Shown: one piece after another, positions 19,622 through 31,009 of the stretch
How positions within the stretch are numbered: the stretch's first letter is position 1
How the letters are laid out: each line of letters starts with the position of its first letter
Origin: an uncultured delta proteobacterium
GTDB taxonomy: Bacteria > Desulfobacterota > Desulfuromonadia > Desulfuromonadales > BM103
Reading direction: 5' to 3'
Length of the DNA: 64,000 nucleotides
Assembly: GCA_963715335.1 (NCBI GenBank)
Contig: CAVQRZ010000001.1
Coordinates: 128,001-192,000, forward strand
Notes under the pieces: model-generated
The model's input: only the letters and a program-made list of their open reading frames with translations
Told to the model about the DNA's origin: nothing
Database searches by the model: none
Position numbers and translations under genes: made by a program

Positions 19622-21108
19622 GTGCTTCCAACCTCCATCTCTTCGTCCTGGTCGTACCGCTGCTCTCGGCTCTGGCCGTCAACCTCTGGGGACGCAACAA
19701 CCGCCAGCTGATCGCACCGCTGGTGCTCGGCTCTCTGGCTTTCTCGGTGTTCGGATCGATCATCGTGATGGCCCGCGTACTCAACCATGGCACGATCAGC
19801 TACACGGTCGGCAACTGGCAGCCGCCCTTCGGCATCGAACTTATTGTCGATCCGTTGAGCGCCATGATGATGGTCCTGATAGCTGTCGTGGCCCTGCTCG
19901 CCTCCTTTTCAGCCCTGAAGAGCGCCGAACAGGAGCTCCCCGGCCGGGAGGCTTTCTTCTTCACCCTCTACCTGATCCTGATCTGCGGCCTGCACGGCCT
20001 GGTGCTGACCGGTGATGCTTTCAACCTTTATGTCCTGCTTGAAATCACTTCGATCACCTCCTATGGCTTGATCGCCATGGGCCGCGGCCGGGCGGCGCTT
20101 TCCAGCTTCAACTACATCATCATGGGTTCGATCGGGGCCTGCTTCTACCTGCTCGGTGTCGGCTACATCTACATTCTCACCGGCACCCTGAACATGGCGG
20201 ACATCGCCCGGATCCTGCCGACCCTCAACGCACCGATCGCCATTACCACATCGATCGCCTTTGTCCTGGTCGGCCTGTTTATCAAGATGGCCTTTTTCCC
20301 GCTGCACGGCTGGCTGCCGAATGCCTACAGCCACGCGCCCACCGGTGCCGGCACCATCGCCGCGCCGTTGATGACCAAGGTGACCATCTACCTGATGATC
20401 CGGGTCATCCTCAACGTTTACACTCCGGCCCTGGTGTTCACCCATGACTGGGTGACCAACGGCCTGATCTGGGCTGCAGCCATCGCCATTGTCTGCGGTT
20501 CGGCGCTGGCCCTCGGCCAAAAAGATCTGCGCCGCATGCTGACCTACATCATCGTCGCCGAAGTCGGCTACATGGTCGGCGGCGTCTTCCTGGCCAACAG
20601 CAACGGCCTCACCGGTGCGATTCTGCACATCGTCAACGACTCCCTGATGACCCTCTGTCTGTTCCTGGTGGTTGCAGCGATCATTTATCGCCAGGGCAGC
20701 GTCTCACTCGTCTCCCTGCAGGGGATCTTCAGGCGCATGCCGATCACCATGGCCGCTTTCACCCTGGGCGCTTTCGCCATGATCGGCGTCCCGCCGACCT
20801 GCGGCTTCTTCAGCAAGTGGTACCTGATCCTCGGCGGGATCGATGGCGGGCACTGGGAATTTGTCATCGCTCTGGTGATCAGCAGCCTGATCAACGTGGT
20901 CCTTTTCTTCAGGATCCTCGAGCTGGCCTATTTCGGCTCCCTGGCGGACGGCGAGCATCACGAGCATAGCATTGCAGAGCGCCACGAGGCGCCCTGGTGG
21001 ATGCTCAAGCCGCTGGTCATCACGGCCGTGCTCCTGGTCGTTGTCGGCTTCAGCACCGGACCACTGATCAATAACATCATCAGCCTGATCATACCGGCAG
21101 GTTTTTAA
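19618..21108 (+). CDS. mrpD: Mrp subunit D (copy 1)
   Basis: GDAFNLYVLLE, K..FFPLHGWLP and G.PPT.GF.SKW motifs. Confidence 0.9.
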   Translation: MSASNLHLFVLVVPLLSALAVNLWGRNNRQLIAPLVLGSLAFSVFGSIIVMARVLNHGTISYTVGNWQPPFGIELIVDPLSAMMMVLIAVVALLASFSALKSAEQELPGREAFFFTLYLILICGLHGLVLTGDAFNLYVLLEITSITSYGLIAMGRGRAALSSFNYIIMGSIGACFYLLGVGYIYILTGTLNMADIARILPTLNAPIAITTSIAFVLVGLFIKMAFFPLHGWLPNAYSHAPTGAGTIAAPLMTKVTIYLMIRVILNVYTPALVFTHDWVTNGLIWAAAIAIVCGSALALGQKDLRRMLTYIIVAEVGYMVGGVFLANSNGLTGAILHIVNDSLMTLCLFLVVAAIIYRQGSVSLVSLQGIFRRMPITMAAFTLGAFAMIGVPPTCGFFSKWYLILGGIDGGHWEFVIALVISSLINVVLFFRILELAYFGSLADGEHHEHSIAERHEAPWWMLKPLVITAVLLVVVGFSTGPLINNIISLIIPAGF

Positions 21109-21125
21109 GCTGTTTTGAGACTGAT

Positions 21126-22595
21126 ATGACACCGACTCTATCCATCTGGCCAATGATCGCAATCCTGGTCTCCCTGCTGGGAGCCCTGCCGATCATGCTC
21201 TCCGACCGCCGGCCGAACCTGCGGGAAAGCTGGACGATTCTGATCGCGCTGGCCAAGCTCAGCATTGTCGCCTCGCTCCTGCCGGGGGTCCTTAAAGGCG
21301 GCAGCTATATCTTCACTATCGCCCAGGTCCTGCCCGGGGTGCCGATCGAATTGCGCGTCGATGCGCTGGGGATGGTGTTTGCCCTGGTCGCATCCTGTCT
21401 CTGGTTGTTTACCTCGATCTATTCGATCGGTTACATGCGGGCTCTCGATGAGCACGCCCAGACCCGCTATTTCGCCTCCTTTGCCGTGGCCATTTCAGCG
21501 ACTATCGGCATCGCGTTTTCCGCCAACCTGCTGACGATGTACCTCTTCTACGAGGTCTTGTCGCTGTCAACCTATCCGCTGGTCACGCACGAACAGAACG
21601 CGGAAGCGCGCGCCTCGGGACGCAAGTACCTGACCTATATCATCGGCACATCGATCGGCCTGGCCCTGCCGGCCATGATGATGACTTATGCCGCGGCCGG
21701 CACCCTCGACTTCACCCAGGGCGGGATTCTGGCCGGCAAAGCCTCACCGGAGCTTCTGGCCCTGCTGCTGGTGCTGTTCCTGTTCGGGTTCGCCAAGGCC
21801 GGACTGATGCCGTTCCACGGTTGGCTGCCGGCAGCGATGGTGGCGCCGACCCCGGTCAGCTCCTTCCTGCACGGTGTCGCGGTCGTCAAAGCCGGGGTTT
21901 TCGCGATCTTCCGCATCATCTTCCATATCCTCGGCCCGGAGACCCTGCAGTCGGCGGACCTCGGTTCAGTTATTACCTACATCGCTTCGGTGACCCTGCT
22001 GATTGCCTCGATGGTGGCGCTCACCCAGGACAGCATGAAGCGTCGACTGGCCTACTCGACGATCGGCCAGCTCTCCTACATGGTCCTCGGCGCCGGCATG
22101 CTCTCGGCAACCGGCATGCTCGGCGGCATCATGCACCTGGCAATGCACGCCTTCGGCAAGATCACCTTGTTCTTCTGTGCCGGAGCCATTTACGTCGCCA
22201 GCAAGAAAAAATATATCAGCCAGATGGATGGCCTGGGACGGCGTATGCCGATCACTTACCTGGCCTTTTTCCTCGGCTCGCTAAGCATCATCGGCATGCC
22301 TCCGCTGGGCGGCTTCATCAGCAAATGGAAGCTGCTGATCGGTGCCGTCGAGGGGGATCAGATGGTCCTGATCGCCGTACTGGTAATCAGTTCCCTGCTG
22401 AACGCCGCATATTTTTTCCCGATCGTCTACCGTGGTTTCTTTGTGCCTGCCGCGGACGGGCAAGAGGTAGGGTTCAAGGAAGCACCGCTCTTCTGCGTGC
22501 TGCCGCTGTCGTTCACCGCCCTTGCGTCACTGGCCCTGTTTTTCTACCCCGACACCCTGTTGCGGTTGGCGAAACTGGCACTGGGCATCGGCTAG
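21126..22595 (+). CDS. mrpD: Mrp subunit D/A-like (copy 2)
   Basis: PFHGWLP.AMVAPTPVS and KRRLAYSTI motifs. Confidence 0.85.
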   Translation: MTPTLSIWPMIAILVSLLGALPIMLSDRRPNLRESWTILIALAKLSIVASLLPGVLKGGSYIFTIAQVLPGVPIELRVDALGMVFALVASCLWLFTSIYSIGYMRALDEHAQTRYFASFAVAISATIGIAFSANLLTMYLFYEVLSLSTYPLVTHEQNAEARASGRKYLTYIIGTSIGLALPAMMMTYAAAGTLDFTQGGILAGKASPELLALLLVLFLFGFAKAGLMPFHGWLPAAMVAPTPVSSFLHGVAVVKAGVFAIFRIIFHILGPETLQSADLGSVITYIASVTLLIASMVALTQDSMKRRLAYSTIGQLSYMVLGAGMLSATGMLGGIMHLAMHAFGKITLFFCAGAIYVASKKKYISQMDGLGRRMPITYLAFFLGSLSIIGMPPLGGFISKWKLLIGAVEGDQMVLIAVLVISSLLNAAYFFPIVYRGFFVPAADGQEVGFKEAPLFCVLPLSFTALASLALFFYPDTLLRLAKLALGIG

Positions 22596-22618
22596 GCTGA
22601 AGCTGAAAAGGACCTCGA

Positions 22619-22774
22619 ATGAGTACGCACGAACCGGACCGCAACCACGGTCATGATGAAGATGGCCCGATGATTTTGGCCCACGACGCCGTGGCAGGCT
22701 ACCGGCCGGTCTTCTACATCTGCATTACCCTGGGAATGCTTTATCTGGCCTTCGTCTTCTGGCAGAGCTGGTAA
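22619..22774 (+). CDS. 51 aa single-TM small protein inside the mrp operon (absent from the ORF track)
   Basis: MSTHEPDRNHGHDEDGPMILAHDAVAGYRPVFYICITLGMLYLAFVFWQSW; AAGGA RBS; fills the operon gap exactly. Confidence 0.65.
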   Translation: MSTHEPDRNHGHDEDGPMILAHDAVAGYRPVFYICITLGMLYLAFVFWQSW

Positions 22775-22784
22775 GGAGCAACCG

Positions 22785-23055
22785 ATGTCCAAACGCCCGA
22801 TCGATATGAATGAAGAACTGGGGATGTTTGACAAGCCCCAAAATGTCAAGCGCCTGCTTTACGTATTCTACACCTGCGTGGGCCTGCTCTTTGGTGGTTG
22901 ACATTTTCTATCACAAGCACGCGATCTTCGCCTGGGAAGGGTACTTCGCTTTTTACTCGGTATACGGGTTTGTTGCCTGCGTGATCCTGGTGATCGTCGC
23001 CAAGTACGTGCTGAGGCCCATGGTTATGCGCAAAGAGGATTACTATGACGATTAA
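22785..23055 (+). CDS. ~89 aa two-TM mrp-associated protein, frameshifted as sequenced
   Basis: MSKRP..FDKPQNVKRLL joins VVDIFYHKH..YGFVAC..REDYYD if one T is removed from the run at 22890-22892; AGGAG RBS. Confidence 0.7.
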
Positions 23056-24825
23056 CGCCCTGCCGCCTGCACTGATCCTGATCCTCGGAGGGCTTCTGGT
23101 ACCACTCTTCAAAGGGCGTGCCCGTCAGGCTGGCTGTTGCTGCTGCCGATTATCAGCTTCGTCAACCTGCTGCAGATCCCAGACGGCAGCCATTGGGTCT
23201 ATCCGTTCCTCAGCGACCAGGTCGTGTTTGGCCGGGTCGACAAGCTGAGCCTGATCTTCGGCTATATCTTCCACCTTGTTGCTTTCCTCTCGGCACTCTA
23301 CGCTCTGCATGTCGACGACACGGTTCAGAACATCGCCGGCACAGTCTACGCCGGCGCAGCCATCGGCGCAGTTTTTGCCGGCGATCTTTTGACGTTGTTC
23401 GTCTTCTGGGAGCTGCTAACCATCAGCGCGACCTTCCTGATCCTGGCCCGGCGCACCGAGCGAGCACTCGGCGCCGGCTTCCGCTACTTCATGGTGCATG
23501 TCGCCGGCGGCCTCTGCCTGCTGGCCGGCAGCGTTCTGCATTTTCACAAGACCGGCTCTGCGGCATTCGACCTGGTCGGACTGAACGGGCCAGCCTCCTG
23601 GCTGATGTTCATCGGCATCGGCGTCAACTGCGCCTGGCCACTGCTCCACCCCTGGTTGACCGACGCCTATCCCGAAGCGACTATCACCGGCACCATTTTC
23701 CTCTCGGCGTTCACCACCAAGACGGCGATCTACGCGCTGGCCCGGGCCTTCCCCGGCACCGAGGAGCTGATCTTCATCGGCGCAGCCATGGCCGCCTTCC
23801 CGATCTTCTACGCGGTCATCGAGAACGACCTGCGACGGGTGCTCGCCTACAGCCTGATCAACCAGGTCGGCTTCATGGTGGTCGGCATCGGCATCGGCAC
23901 CGCCCTCTCTATCAACGGCGCCATCGCCCACGCCTTCAACGACATCCTCTTCAAGGGGCTGTTGTTCATGACCATGGGAGCGGTCATGTACCGTACCGGC
24001 AAGATCAACGCCACCGATCTTGGCGGGCTCTACAAATCGATGCCCTGGACCTGCGCCTTCTGTATCGTCGGTGCCGCTTCGATCTCGGCCTTCCCGCTCT
24101 TCTCCGGTTTCGTCAGCAAATCGATGGTCATGGAAGCGGCCGCCCACGGCGACATGCGCTGGGTCTGGTTCATCCTGCTGTTCGCCTCGGCCGGCGTGTT
24201 CCACCACGCCGGCATCAAGATCCCGTTCTTCGCCTTCTTCTCGCACGACTCCGGCATTCGCTGCAAAGAGGCACCGCCGCACATGCTGCTGGCGATGGGC
24301 ATCTCGGCCGTGCTCTGCATCCTGATCGGCTCCTTCCCGCAATACCTCTACAGCCTGCTGCCCTACGCCGTTGACTACCAGCCGTACACGGTCAGCCACG
24401 TTCTGGCGCAGACCCAACTGCTGTTCTTCTCGGCACTGGCCTTCACCCTGTTGCTGCTGGCCGGCATCTACCCGCCGGAGATCCGCTCGATCAACGTCGA
24501 TGCCGACTGGATCTACCGCAAGGGTTGCCGCCAGATCTACCGCCTCTGCCAGTGGGCCTTCGACGGCATCAACGACTGGGCCAACCGGACCTTCGCCCAA
24601 CAGTTACCGAAACTGCTGGGCCACTTCTTCGAAGAACCGGGCGGCAACCTCCAACGCTACGGCTACCGGCTCTGGGTAGAGTCCAGCGGGATGACGGATA
24701 ATCGCGACAAAGTCGATCAGGACATTGACCGGCGCAGCCGCAGTGCAGCCTACCCGGTCGGCTTAAGCGTCCTGCTTGCCGTCGTCATTCTCACCCTGGT
24801 GTCCACGATCCTTTACCTGCACTAG
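23045..24825 (+). CDS. mrpD: Mrp subunit D/A-like (copy 3), frameshifted near 23130 as sequenced
   Basis: MTINALPPALILILGG joins WLLLLPII if one base is added near 23130; FWELL, LHPWLTDAYP and LRRVLAYS motifs. Confidence 0.85.
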
Positions 24826-24869
24826 GGCACCCTCACGGGCTGCTTCTGCCACTGCGACGGCAGGCATTC

Positions 24870-26003
24870 ATGGTCGGTCTTTATCTGCATATCCCTTTTT
24901 GTCATCGCAAGTGCGTTTACTGCGATTTCTATTCGGTCGAAGCCGTCACGGCAGCACTGCAGGGCTATCCCGAACTACTCATCAGGCAGCTTGAGCGAAC
25001 CAGCGGACAAGGCCGCTGGCAACACCCCTTCGACACCATCTATTTTGGCGGTGGAACCCCGTCATTGCTTTCCCCGCAATCGATCGATGCAATCCTGCAG
25101 GCAATCAGCCGCCATTACTCCCTGGCGAGCGATATCGAAATCTCCCTGGAAGCAAATCCGGGGACGGTCACCATCGACAGCCTGAGTGGCTATCGCAGCG
25201 CCGGCATCAACCGCCTCTCGCTGGGACTGCAGAGCTGCAATGACCGACTGCTGAAAGTCCTCGGCCGGTTGCATGACCGTCGCCAGGGGCTGCAGAGCTT
25301 CGAATTAGCACGACAGGCCGGTTTTGACAACATCTCCCTGGACCTGATGTTTGCCTTACCGGGCCAGACCCGTGACGATCTTGAAGAGGACCTGCAGACT
25401 TATCTCGAACTGGCCCCGGAACATTTTTCATGTTACGGCCTGACGAGCGAGCCGGGAACACCTCTGCACGCAATGGTCGCCTCCGGAGCCCTGGCCCTGC
25501 CGAGTGAGGATTTCTATGCCGATGCGTTCCTGCGCATCCATGACCGGCTGAGTGCTGCCGGCTACATGCATTATGAAATCGCCAATTATGCCCGCGACGA
25601 CTTCGAGTGCCGACACAATGCCGGCTACTGGAAGCGTTTCCCCTGCCTCGGGATAGGTGCCGGGGCACACTCTTTCCTGAACGACGGCTGGGGCAGCCGG
25701 TGGGAAGTTGCCGGAGACCTGCAGACTTACCGTCAGGCACTGCAAACCGGCCAGGAACCGATGACGTGCCTCGAAACCTTCGATCGTGAATCCGCTTTGT
25801 GCGAGACCATCTACCTGGCGTTGCGCACCCGGCGCGGCATTGCCGACGCCGAGCTGCAACAACGTTTCGGCTGCACTCTGGCAGAGCAATTTCCGGAGGC
25901 GATCGAAGCCACTGGAGAATGGCTGAAAAATGATGCCGGCCGCTGGTTCCTGACCCCGTCCGGCTGGCTCCTTTTCGACCACCTGATTCTGAATTTCCTT
26001 TAA
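24870..26003 (+). CDS. hemW: Radical SAM heme chaperone HemW (HemN-like)
   Basis: YLHIPFC..KC.YCDF, GGGTPS, YEIANY and HN..YW motifs; upstream of hrcA. Confidence 0.9.
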   Translation: MVGLYLHIPFCHRKCVYCDFYSVEAVTAALQGYPELLIRQLERTSGQGRWQHPFDTIYFGGGTPSLLSPQSIDAILQAISRHYSLASDIEISLEANPGTVTIDSLSGYRSAGINRLSLGLQSCNDRLLKVLGRLHDRRQGLQSFELARQAGFDNISLDLMFALPGQTRDDLEEDLQTYLELAPEHFSCYGLTSEPGTPLHAMVASGALALPSEDFYADAFLRIHDRLSAAGYMHYEIANYARDDFECRHNAGYWKRFPCLGIGAGAHSFLNDGWGSRWEVAGDLQTYRQALQTGQEPMTCLETFDRESALCETIYLALRTRRGIADAELQQRFGCTLAEQFPEAIEATGEWLKNDAGRWFLTPSGWLLFDHLILNFL

Positions 26004-26036
26004 AACTCAAACCCCGATAAAAACTCTTCGCGTACC

Positions 26037-26065
26037 TTGACAAAGCCTATATGCGTTGTTATCTT
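26037..26065 (+). promoter_or_regulatory. sigma70 promoter of the hrcA-grpE-dnaK-dnaJ operon
   Basis: TTGACA at 26037-26042, 17 bp spacer, TGt-TATCTT; directly upstream of CIRCE. Confidence 0.7.
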
Positions 26066-26075
26066 GGCCTTGCTT

Positions 26076-26102
26076 TTGGCACTCTGGGAAAGCGAGTGCT
26101 AA
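26076..26102. promoter_or_regulatory. CIRCE operator (HrcA binding site)
   Basis: TTGGCACTC-N9-GAGTGCTAA, one mismatch from the consensus TTAGCACTC-N9-GAGTGCTAA. Confidence 0.95.
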
Positions 26103-26154
26103 GTTGATTCGCAGGCCGGTTTAACCGGCTTGAGTTTTTTGCACGGAGCATATT

Positions 26155-27195
26155 ATGGCCAAGGCCCTGACTGATCGCTGCCAGCAGATTTTGGAGGCGA
26201 TTATTGAAGAATACATCGCGACTGCTCAGCCGGTCGGCTCCAAGGCGTTGACGCAGAATCACGGCATCAAGCTTTCATCGGCGTCGGTGCGCAATGTCAT
26301 GGCCGAACTGGAAGACCTCGGCTACCTCGCGTCGCCCCACACCTCGGCTGGCCGCATCCCCACAGAAAAAGGGTATCGCTTTTATGTGGACACTCTGCTG
26401 CGCGTCAGCGATCTGGACGCCCGGCAGAAGGACCAGATCGAGATAAAATACCGGCAGCACGGCCTGCAGATGACCGACATGCTGCGTGAGGCCAGCCGCA
26501 CCCTGTCTTCTTACTCACATCTCACCGGGTTGGTGATGATCCCGCGTCTCAGAGCCACGGTTTTCCGGCATATCGAGTTTGTCAAACTCTCTGCCCGGCA
26601 GGTGCTGGTGGTTTTCGTTACCCAGTCCGGCCTGGTCCAGAACAAGCTCGTGGAGATCGACGAGGAACTTACTCACCGTGAGTTGGAACAGATCACAAAT
26701 TACCTGAACCGGACCATGAGCGGCATGAGCATCCAGGAAGTGCGCGCCAGGATCGTTGCCGAAATGGCCCATGAGAAGGCCCTCTACGACCACCTGTTGC
26801 GACGTGCTTTCGCACTTTCCAGCGCCGCCCTTGGCGATGAAGCGAAGGGTGATGTAATCATCGACGGGACCAGTTACTTCCTTGAACAACCTGAATTTTC
26901 CGACCTGCGGCAAATGAAAAACATTGTCCAGGCCTTTGAGCAGAAAAGTATGCTGGTCGATCTGCTCGACCGTGGCACTGACACTGAAGGCGTACAGGTC
27001 ATCATCGGCAGCGAGACCCAATACCACGAACTTTCTGGCTGTAGCCTGATTACCGCAGCCTATTCCGGTAAACGCGGCACCCTCGGCACCCTCGGCGTCA
27101 TCGGCCCGAACCGCATGCACTATTCAACGGTTATTCCGATTGTCGATTACACGGCGAGCCTGATCAGTCGCTTGCTTGATAAAGAAAACGATTAG
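26155..27195 (+). CDS. hrcA: Heat-inducible transcription repressor
   Basis: PVGSK, SASVRN.MA.LE, PHTSAGRIPT and GVIGP.RM.Y motifs. Confidence 0.96.
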   Translation: MAKALTDRCQQILEAIIEEYIATAQPVGSKALTQNHGIKLSSASVRNVMAELEDLGYLASPHTSAGRIPTEKGYRFYVDTLLRVSDLDARQKDQIEIKYRQHGLQMTDMLREASRTLSSYSHLTGLVMIPRLRATVFRHIEFVKLSARQVLVVFVTQSGLVQNKLVEIDEELTHRELEQITNYLNRTMSGMSIQEVRARIVAEMAHEKALYDHLLRRAFALSSAALGDEAKGDVIIDGTSYFLEQPEFSDLRQMKNIVQAFEQKSMLVDLLDRGTDTEGVQVIIGSETQYHELSGCSLITAAYSGKRGTLGTLGVIGPNRMHYSTVIPIVDYTASLISRLLDKEND

Positions 27196-27207
27196 GAGGC
27201 TAACGCC

Positions 27208-27823
27208 TTGGCGAAAAAAAAGCAGCAACCGGCCACAGAGGAGCCGGAAACCATTTCAGAGCAGGTTGAGAAAAGCCCCGGCGAAGTACTTGCCGAGGGC
27301 ACCGAAGAGACGTTTGACCCTCTGCAGGAGCTTGAAAACTCCAGGGCAGAGGCCAGCAAGAACTGGGACCTGTACCTGCGCGAACGGGCCGACCTGGAAA
27401 ATGCCCGCAAGCGCCATCAGCGCGACCGGGAAGAGGCTGTCCGTTTTGCCAACGATCGTCTGCTCAGGGAGATGATCCCGGTGCTCGACAACCTCGAGCG
27501 CGCGGTCGGAGCATGCCGAACAGGGTGTCGACGATAATCAGGGGCTTCTGGAGGGCGTCAACATGACGATCAATCAGTTCCGCAAAGCCCTCGAGGACTT
27601 CGGCGTCAAGCCAATCAAGGCCCTCGGCGAGGACTTCGACCCGAACCTGCACCAGGCCATCGGCCAGATAGAATCGGCGGAGCAGGCTCCGAACACGGTC
27701 CTCAGTGAATTCCAGAAAGGTTACCTGCTGAACGATCGGCTGCTGCGTCCTTCGCTGGTCATGGTTGCCAAGGCCCCGTCCGAAGAGACAAAAGCCCAGG
27801 ACAACGGGACTTCCGGGGAATAG
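27208..27823 (+). CDS. grpE: Nucleotide exchange factor GrpE, +1 frameshift near 27508 as sequenced
   Basis: RADLEN.RKR and PVLDNLERA join EHAEQG..FDPNLHQA..KGY.L.DRLLRP when one G is removed at 27508-27509. Confidence 0.92.
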
Positions 27824-27888
27824 CAACGGCCAGCAGGAGCGTCCGGAAAAACCGACAATAGACCGAATCTTTAAGGAGGATTCTTATC

Positions 27889-29800
27889 ATGAGCAAAGTA
27901 ATTGGCATCGACCTGGGGACGACGAACTCCTGTGTCGCTGTAATGGAAGGCGGCGAGCCGGTGGTTATCGCCAATACCGAAGGGACCCGCACCACGCCGT
28001 CGATGGTGGCTTTCACCGAAAGCGGTGAGCGGCTGGTCGGCCAGCAGGCGAAACGCCAGGCGGTCACCAACCCTGAGAACACACTGTTCGCCATCAAGCG
28101 CCTGATCGGCCGCAAATTTGATTCAGAGGCGGTTAAGAAGGATATTCAGATCAGCCCGTTCAAGATCATCAAGGCCGACAACGGTGATGCCTGGGTTGAG
28201 GTTCGCAACAAGAAATACAGCGCACCGGAAATCTCCGCCATGGTCCTGCAGAAGATGAAGCAGACCGCCGAAGACTATCTTGGCGAAACGGTAACCGATG
28301 CCGTCGTAACCGTCCCGGCCTACTTCAATGACTCCCAGCGTCAGGCCACCAAGGATGCCGGCAAAATCTCCGGCTTGAACGTGCTGCGAATCATCAACGA
28401 GCCGACCGCGGCCGCCCTGGCTTACGGCCTCGACAAGAAGGACGAGGAGAAGATCGCCGTCTTCGACCTCGGCGGTGGCACTTTCGATATCTCCATCCTT
28501 GAGCTTGGCGACGGCGTCTTCGAGGTCAAGTCGACCAACGGTGACACCTTCCTCGGTGGCGAGGACTTCGACCAATTGATCATCGATTACGTGGCTGACG
28601 AGTTCAAGAAAGATCAGGGGATTGACCTACGCAGCGACAAGATGGCGTTGCAGCGTCTCAAGGAAGGCTCTGAAAAAGCCAAGTGCGAGCTGTCTTCCTC
28701 AATGGAAACCGATATCAACCTGCCCTTTATCACCGCCGATGCATCGGGCCCAAAACATCTCAACATCAAGCTGACCCGCGCCAAGCTCGAGAGCATTTGC
28801 GGTAAACTGCTCGACAAACTGACCGGCCCCTGCAAGACCGCTCTCAAGGATGCCGGCCTGTCCGCATCGGATATCGATGACGTTATCCTGGTCGGCGGCA
28901 TGACCCGCATGCCGGCCGTGCAGGAGAAGGTCAGGGAAATCTTTGGCAAGGCCCCCAACAAGGGCGTCAATCCGGATGAAGTGGTTGCCATTGGTGCGGC
29001 CATCCAGGGTGGCGTGCTCAGAGGCGACGTCAAGGACGTGCTGCTGCTCGACGTCACTCCGCTCTCACTGGGCATCGAGACTCTCGGCGGCGTCATGACC
29101 AAGCTGATCGAGAAGAACACGACGATTCCGTGCAAAAAGAGCCAGGTCTTTTCCACTGCGGCGGACAATCAGCCGGCCGTCTCGGTGCATGTCCTGCAGG
29201 GCGAGCGCGAAATGGCCAACGACAACAAGACCATCGGCCGCTTCGAACTGGCCGACATTCCGCCCGCCCCGCGCGGCGTACCACAGGTCGAAGTGACCTT
29301 CGACATCGATGCCAACGGCATCCTCAACGTCGGGGCCAAAGACCTGGGCACCGGCAAAGAGCAGTCGATCCGCATCACCGCCTCATCGGGTCTGTCGGAG
29401 GATGAGATCGAGAAGATGGTCAAGGATGCCGAACTGCATTCATCAGAAGACAAGAAGAAGCGTGAACTGATTGAAACCCGGAATCAAGCGGACAGCCTGG
29501 TTTACACCACCGAAAAGGCCATCAAGGAACATGGCGACAAGGTTGACGAAGAGACCAAGAAAGGGATTGAAAGCGCCCTGGAAGATCTCAAGAAAGCCAT
29601 GGAAAACGACGATCCGGCAGTGATCAAGAGCAAGACTGAAGCTCTCGCCACGGCCTCTCAAAAACTCGGAGAAGTCCTTTACCAGCAGTGCTCAGAGCGA
29701 GGCCGAGACGGGCAAGGCAGGTGATGCTGAAAGCGGCGACCGGAAGAAAGATGATGTCGTCGATGCAGAGTTCGAGGAAGTCGACGACGAAAAAAAATAA
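27889..29800 (+). CDS. dnaK: Chaperone DnaK; the ORF as sequenced ends at 29724 and the true C-terminus is in another frame
   Basis: GIDLGTTNS and DLGGGTFD motifs; removing T29689 restores the canonical [11 protein letters not shown] tail ending in TAA at 29800. Confidence 0.97.
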
Positions 29801-29806
29801 CCCGGT

Positions 29807-29875
29807 AAAGGATACAGGGCCAAGGGGGCAGGGCGAGGATCTATCGCCCCGCTTACCCTTGGCCTTTGACCTTTC
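29807..29875. repeat. Imperfect inverted heptamer-type repeat or hairpin between dnaK and dnaJ
   Basis: agggccaaggg..ggggcaggcg-like left arm versus cgcccc..cccttggccttt right arm. Confidence 0.5.
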
Positions 29876-29893
29876 TGCCGCAAGGACATTGTT

Positions 29894-31009
29894 TTGGTCA
29901 AACGCGATTATTACGAGATTCTCGAGGTCAAGCGCAACGCCAGTGAAACCGAGATCAAGAAGGCCTACCGCAAGCTGGCGCTGAAGTGTCACCCGGATAA
30001 AAACCCTGGGGACAAAGAGGCCGAGGAACGTTTCAAGGAACTCTCCGAAGCCTATGCCGTTCTCTCCGACGGGCAGAAACGGGCGCTCTACGATCAGTAC
30101 GGTCATGCCGGAATCGATCAGCAGGGCGGCTTCGGTTTCTCCTCGGGCGGCTTTGGCGGCACTCCTTTCGAGGATATTTTCGGCGATATCTTTGGCGATA
30201 TTTTCGGCGGCGGGGCCAGTCGGCGCGGCGGCGGACGGCGCGGCGACGACCTGCGCTACAACCTGACCATCGCTTTCGAGGAAGCCGCCTTCGGCCTCGA
30301 AACCAAGATCAAGGTGCCCAGGCATCACACGTGCGACACCTGCAACGGCAGCGGCGCCAGACCAGGGACCAGCGCCGAAACCTGCCGGACCTGCTCCGGC
30401 AACGGCCAGGTTCGCTTTCAGCAGGGGTTCTTTTCCCTGACCCGGCCCTGCCCGGACTGCAACGGTGAAGGCAAAAAGATTTCCGACCCTTGCAGCGACT
30501 GCCGTGGCAGCGGGCTGACCCGCGGGCAAAAGACCCTTTCCCTGAAAATCCCTGCCGGAGTAGAATCGGGCAACCGGCTGAAAATGAATGGCGAAGGGGA
30601 ACCCGGTTCCAAGGGCGGCCCGCCGGGTGATCTCTACGTGGTGATCACCGTCAAGGAGCACTCGATCTTTCAACGTGAGGGGAACGACCTGATCTGCGAA
30701 GTCCCGGTCTCCTTTCCCCAGGCTGCGCTGGGCTGTGAGCTGGAAGTTCCGACCCTCGAAGGGAAGGTCAAGCTCAAGATGCCAGCCGGCACCCAGAGCG
30801 GCAGGATCTTCAAGCTGAATGGCAAGGGGATTCCTGTTCTGCAAGGCTATGGCCGAGGGGACGAGCTGGTCATCGTCCGGGTGGAGACACCGACCAAGCT
30901 GACAACCCGCCAGGAAGAGCTCCTCGAAGAATTTGCCCGTGAGGCCGGGGAAGATATTCATCCGATGGGGAAAAGCTTTTTCGACAAGGTCAAGGAGTTG
31001 TTCGACTGA
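29894..31009 (+). CDS. dnaJ: Chaperone DnaJ
   Basis: HPD motif, G/F region and four CxxCxGxG repeats. Confidence 0.97.
   Translation: MVKRDYYEILEVKRNASETEIKKAYRKLALKCHPDKNPGDKEAEERFKELSEAYAVLSDGQKRALYDQYGHAGIDQQGGFGFSSGGFGGTPFEDIFGDIFGDIFGGGASRRGGGRRGDDLRYNLTIAFEEAAFGLETKIKVPRHHTCDTCNGSGARPGTSAETCRTCSGNGQVRFQQGFFSLTRPCPDCNGEGKKISDPCSDCRGSGLTRGQKTLSLKIPAGVESGNRLKMNGEGEPGSKGGPPGDLYVVITVKEHSIFQREGNDLICEVPVSFPQAALGCELEVPTLEGKVKLKMPAGTQSGRIFKLNGKGIPVLQGYGRGDELVIVRVETPTKLTTRQEELLEEFAREAGEDIHPMGKSFFDKVKELFD

Noticed and set aside
27208..29800. grpE and dnaK as true pseudogenes or programmed frameshifts
   Set aside because: No slippery-site architecture is present, and single-base repairs restore canonical proteins, consistent with sequencing error.
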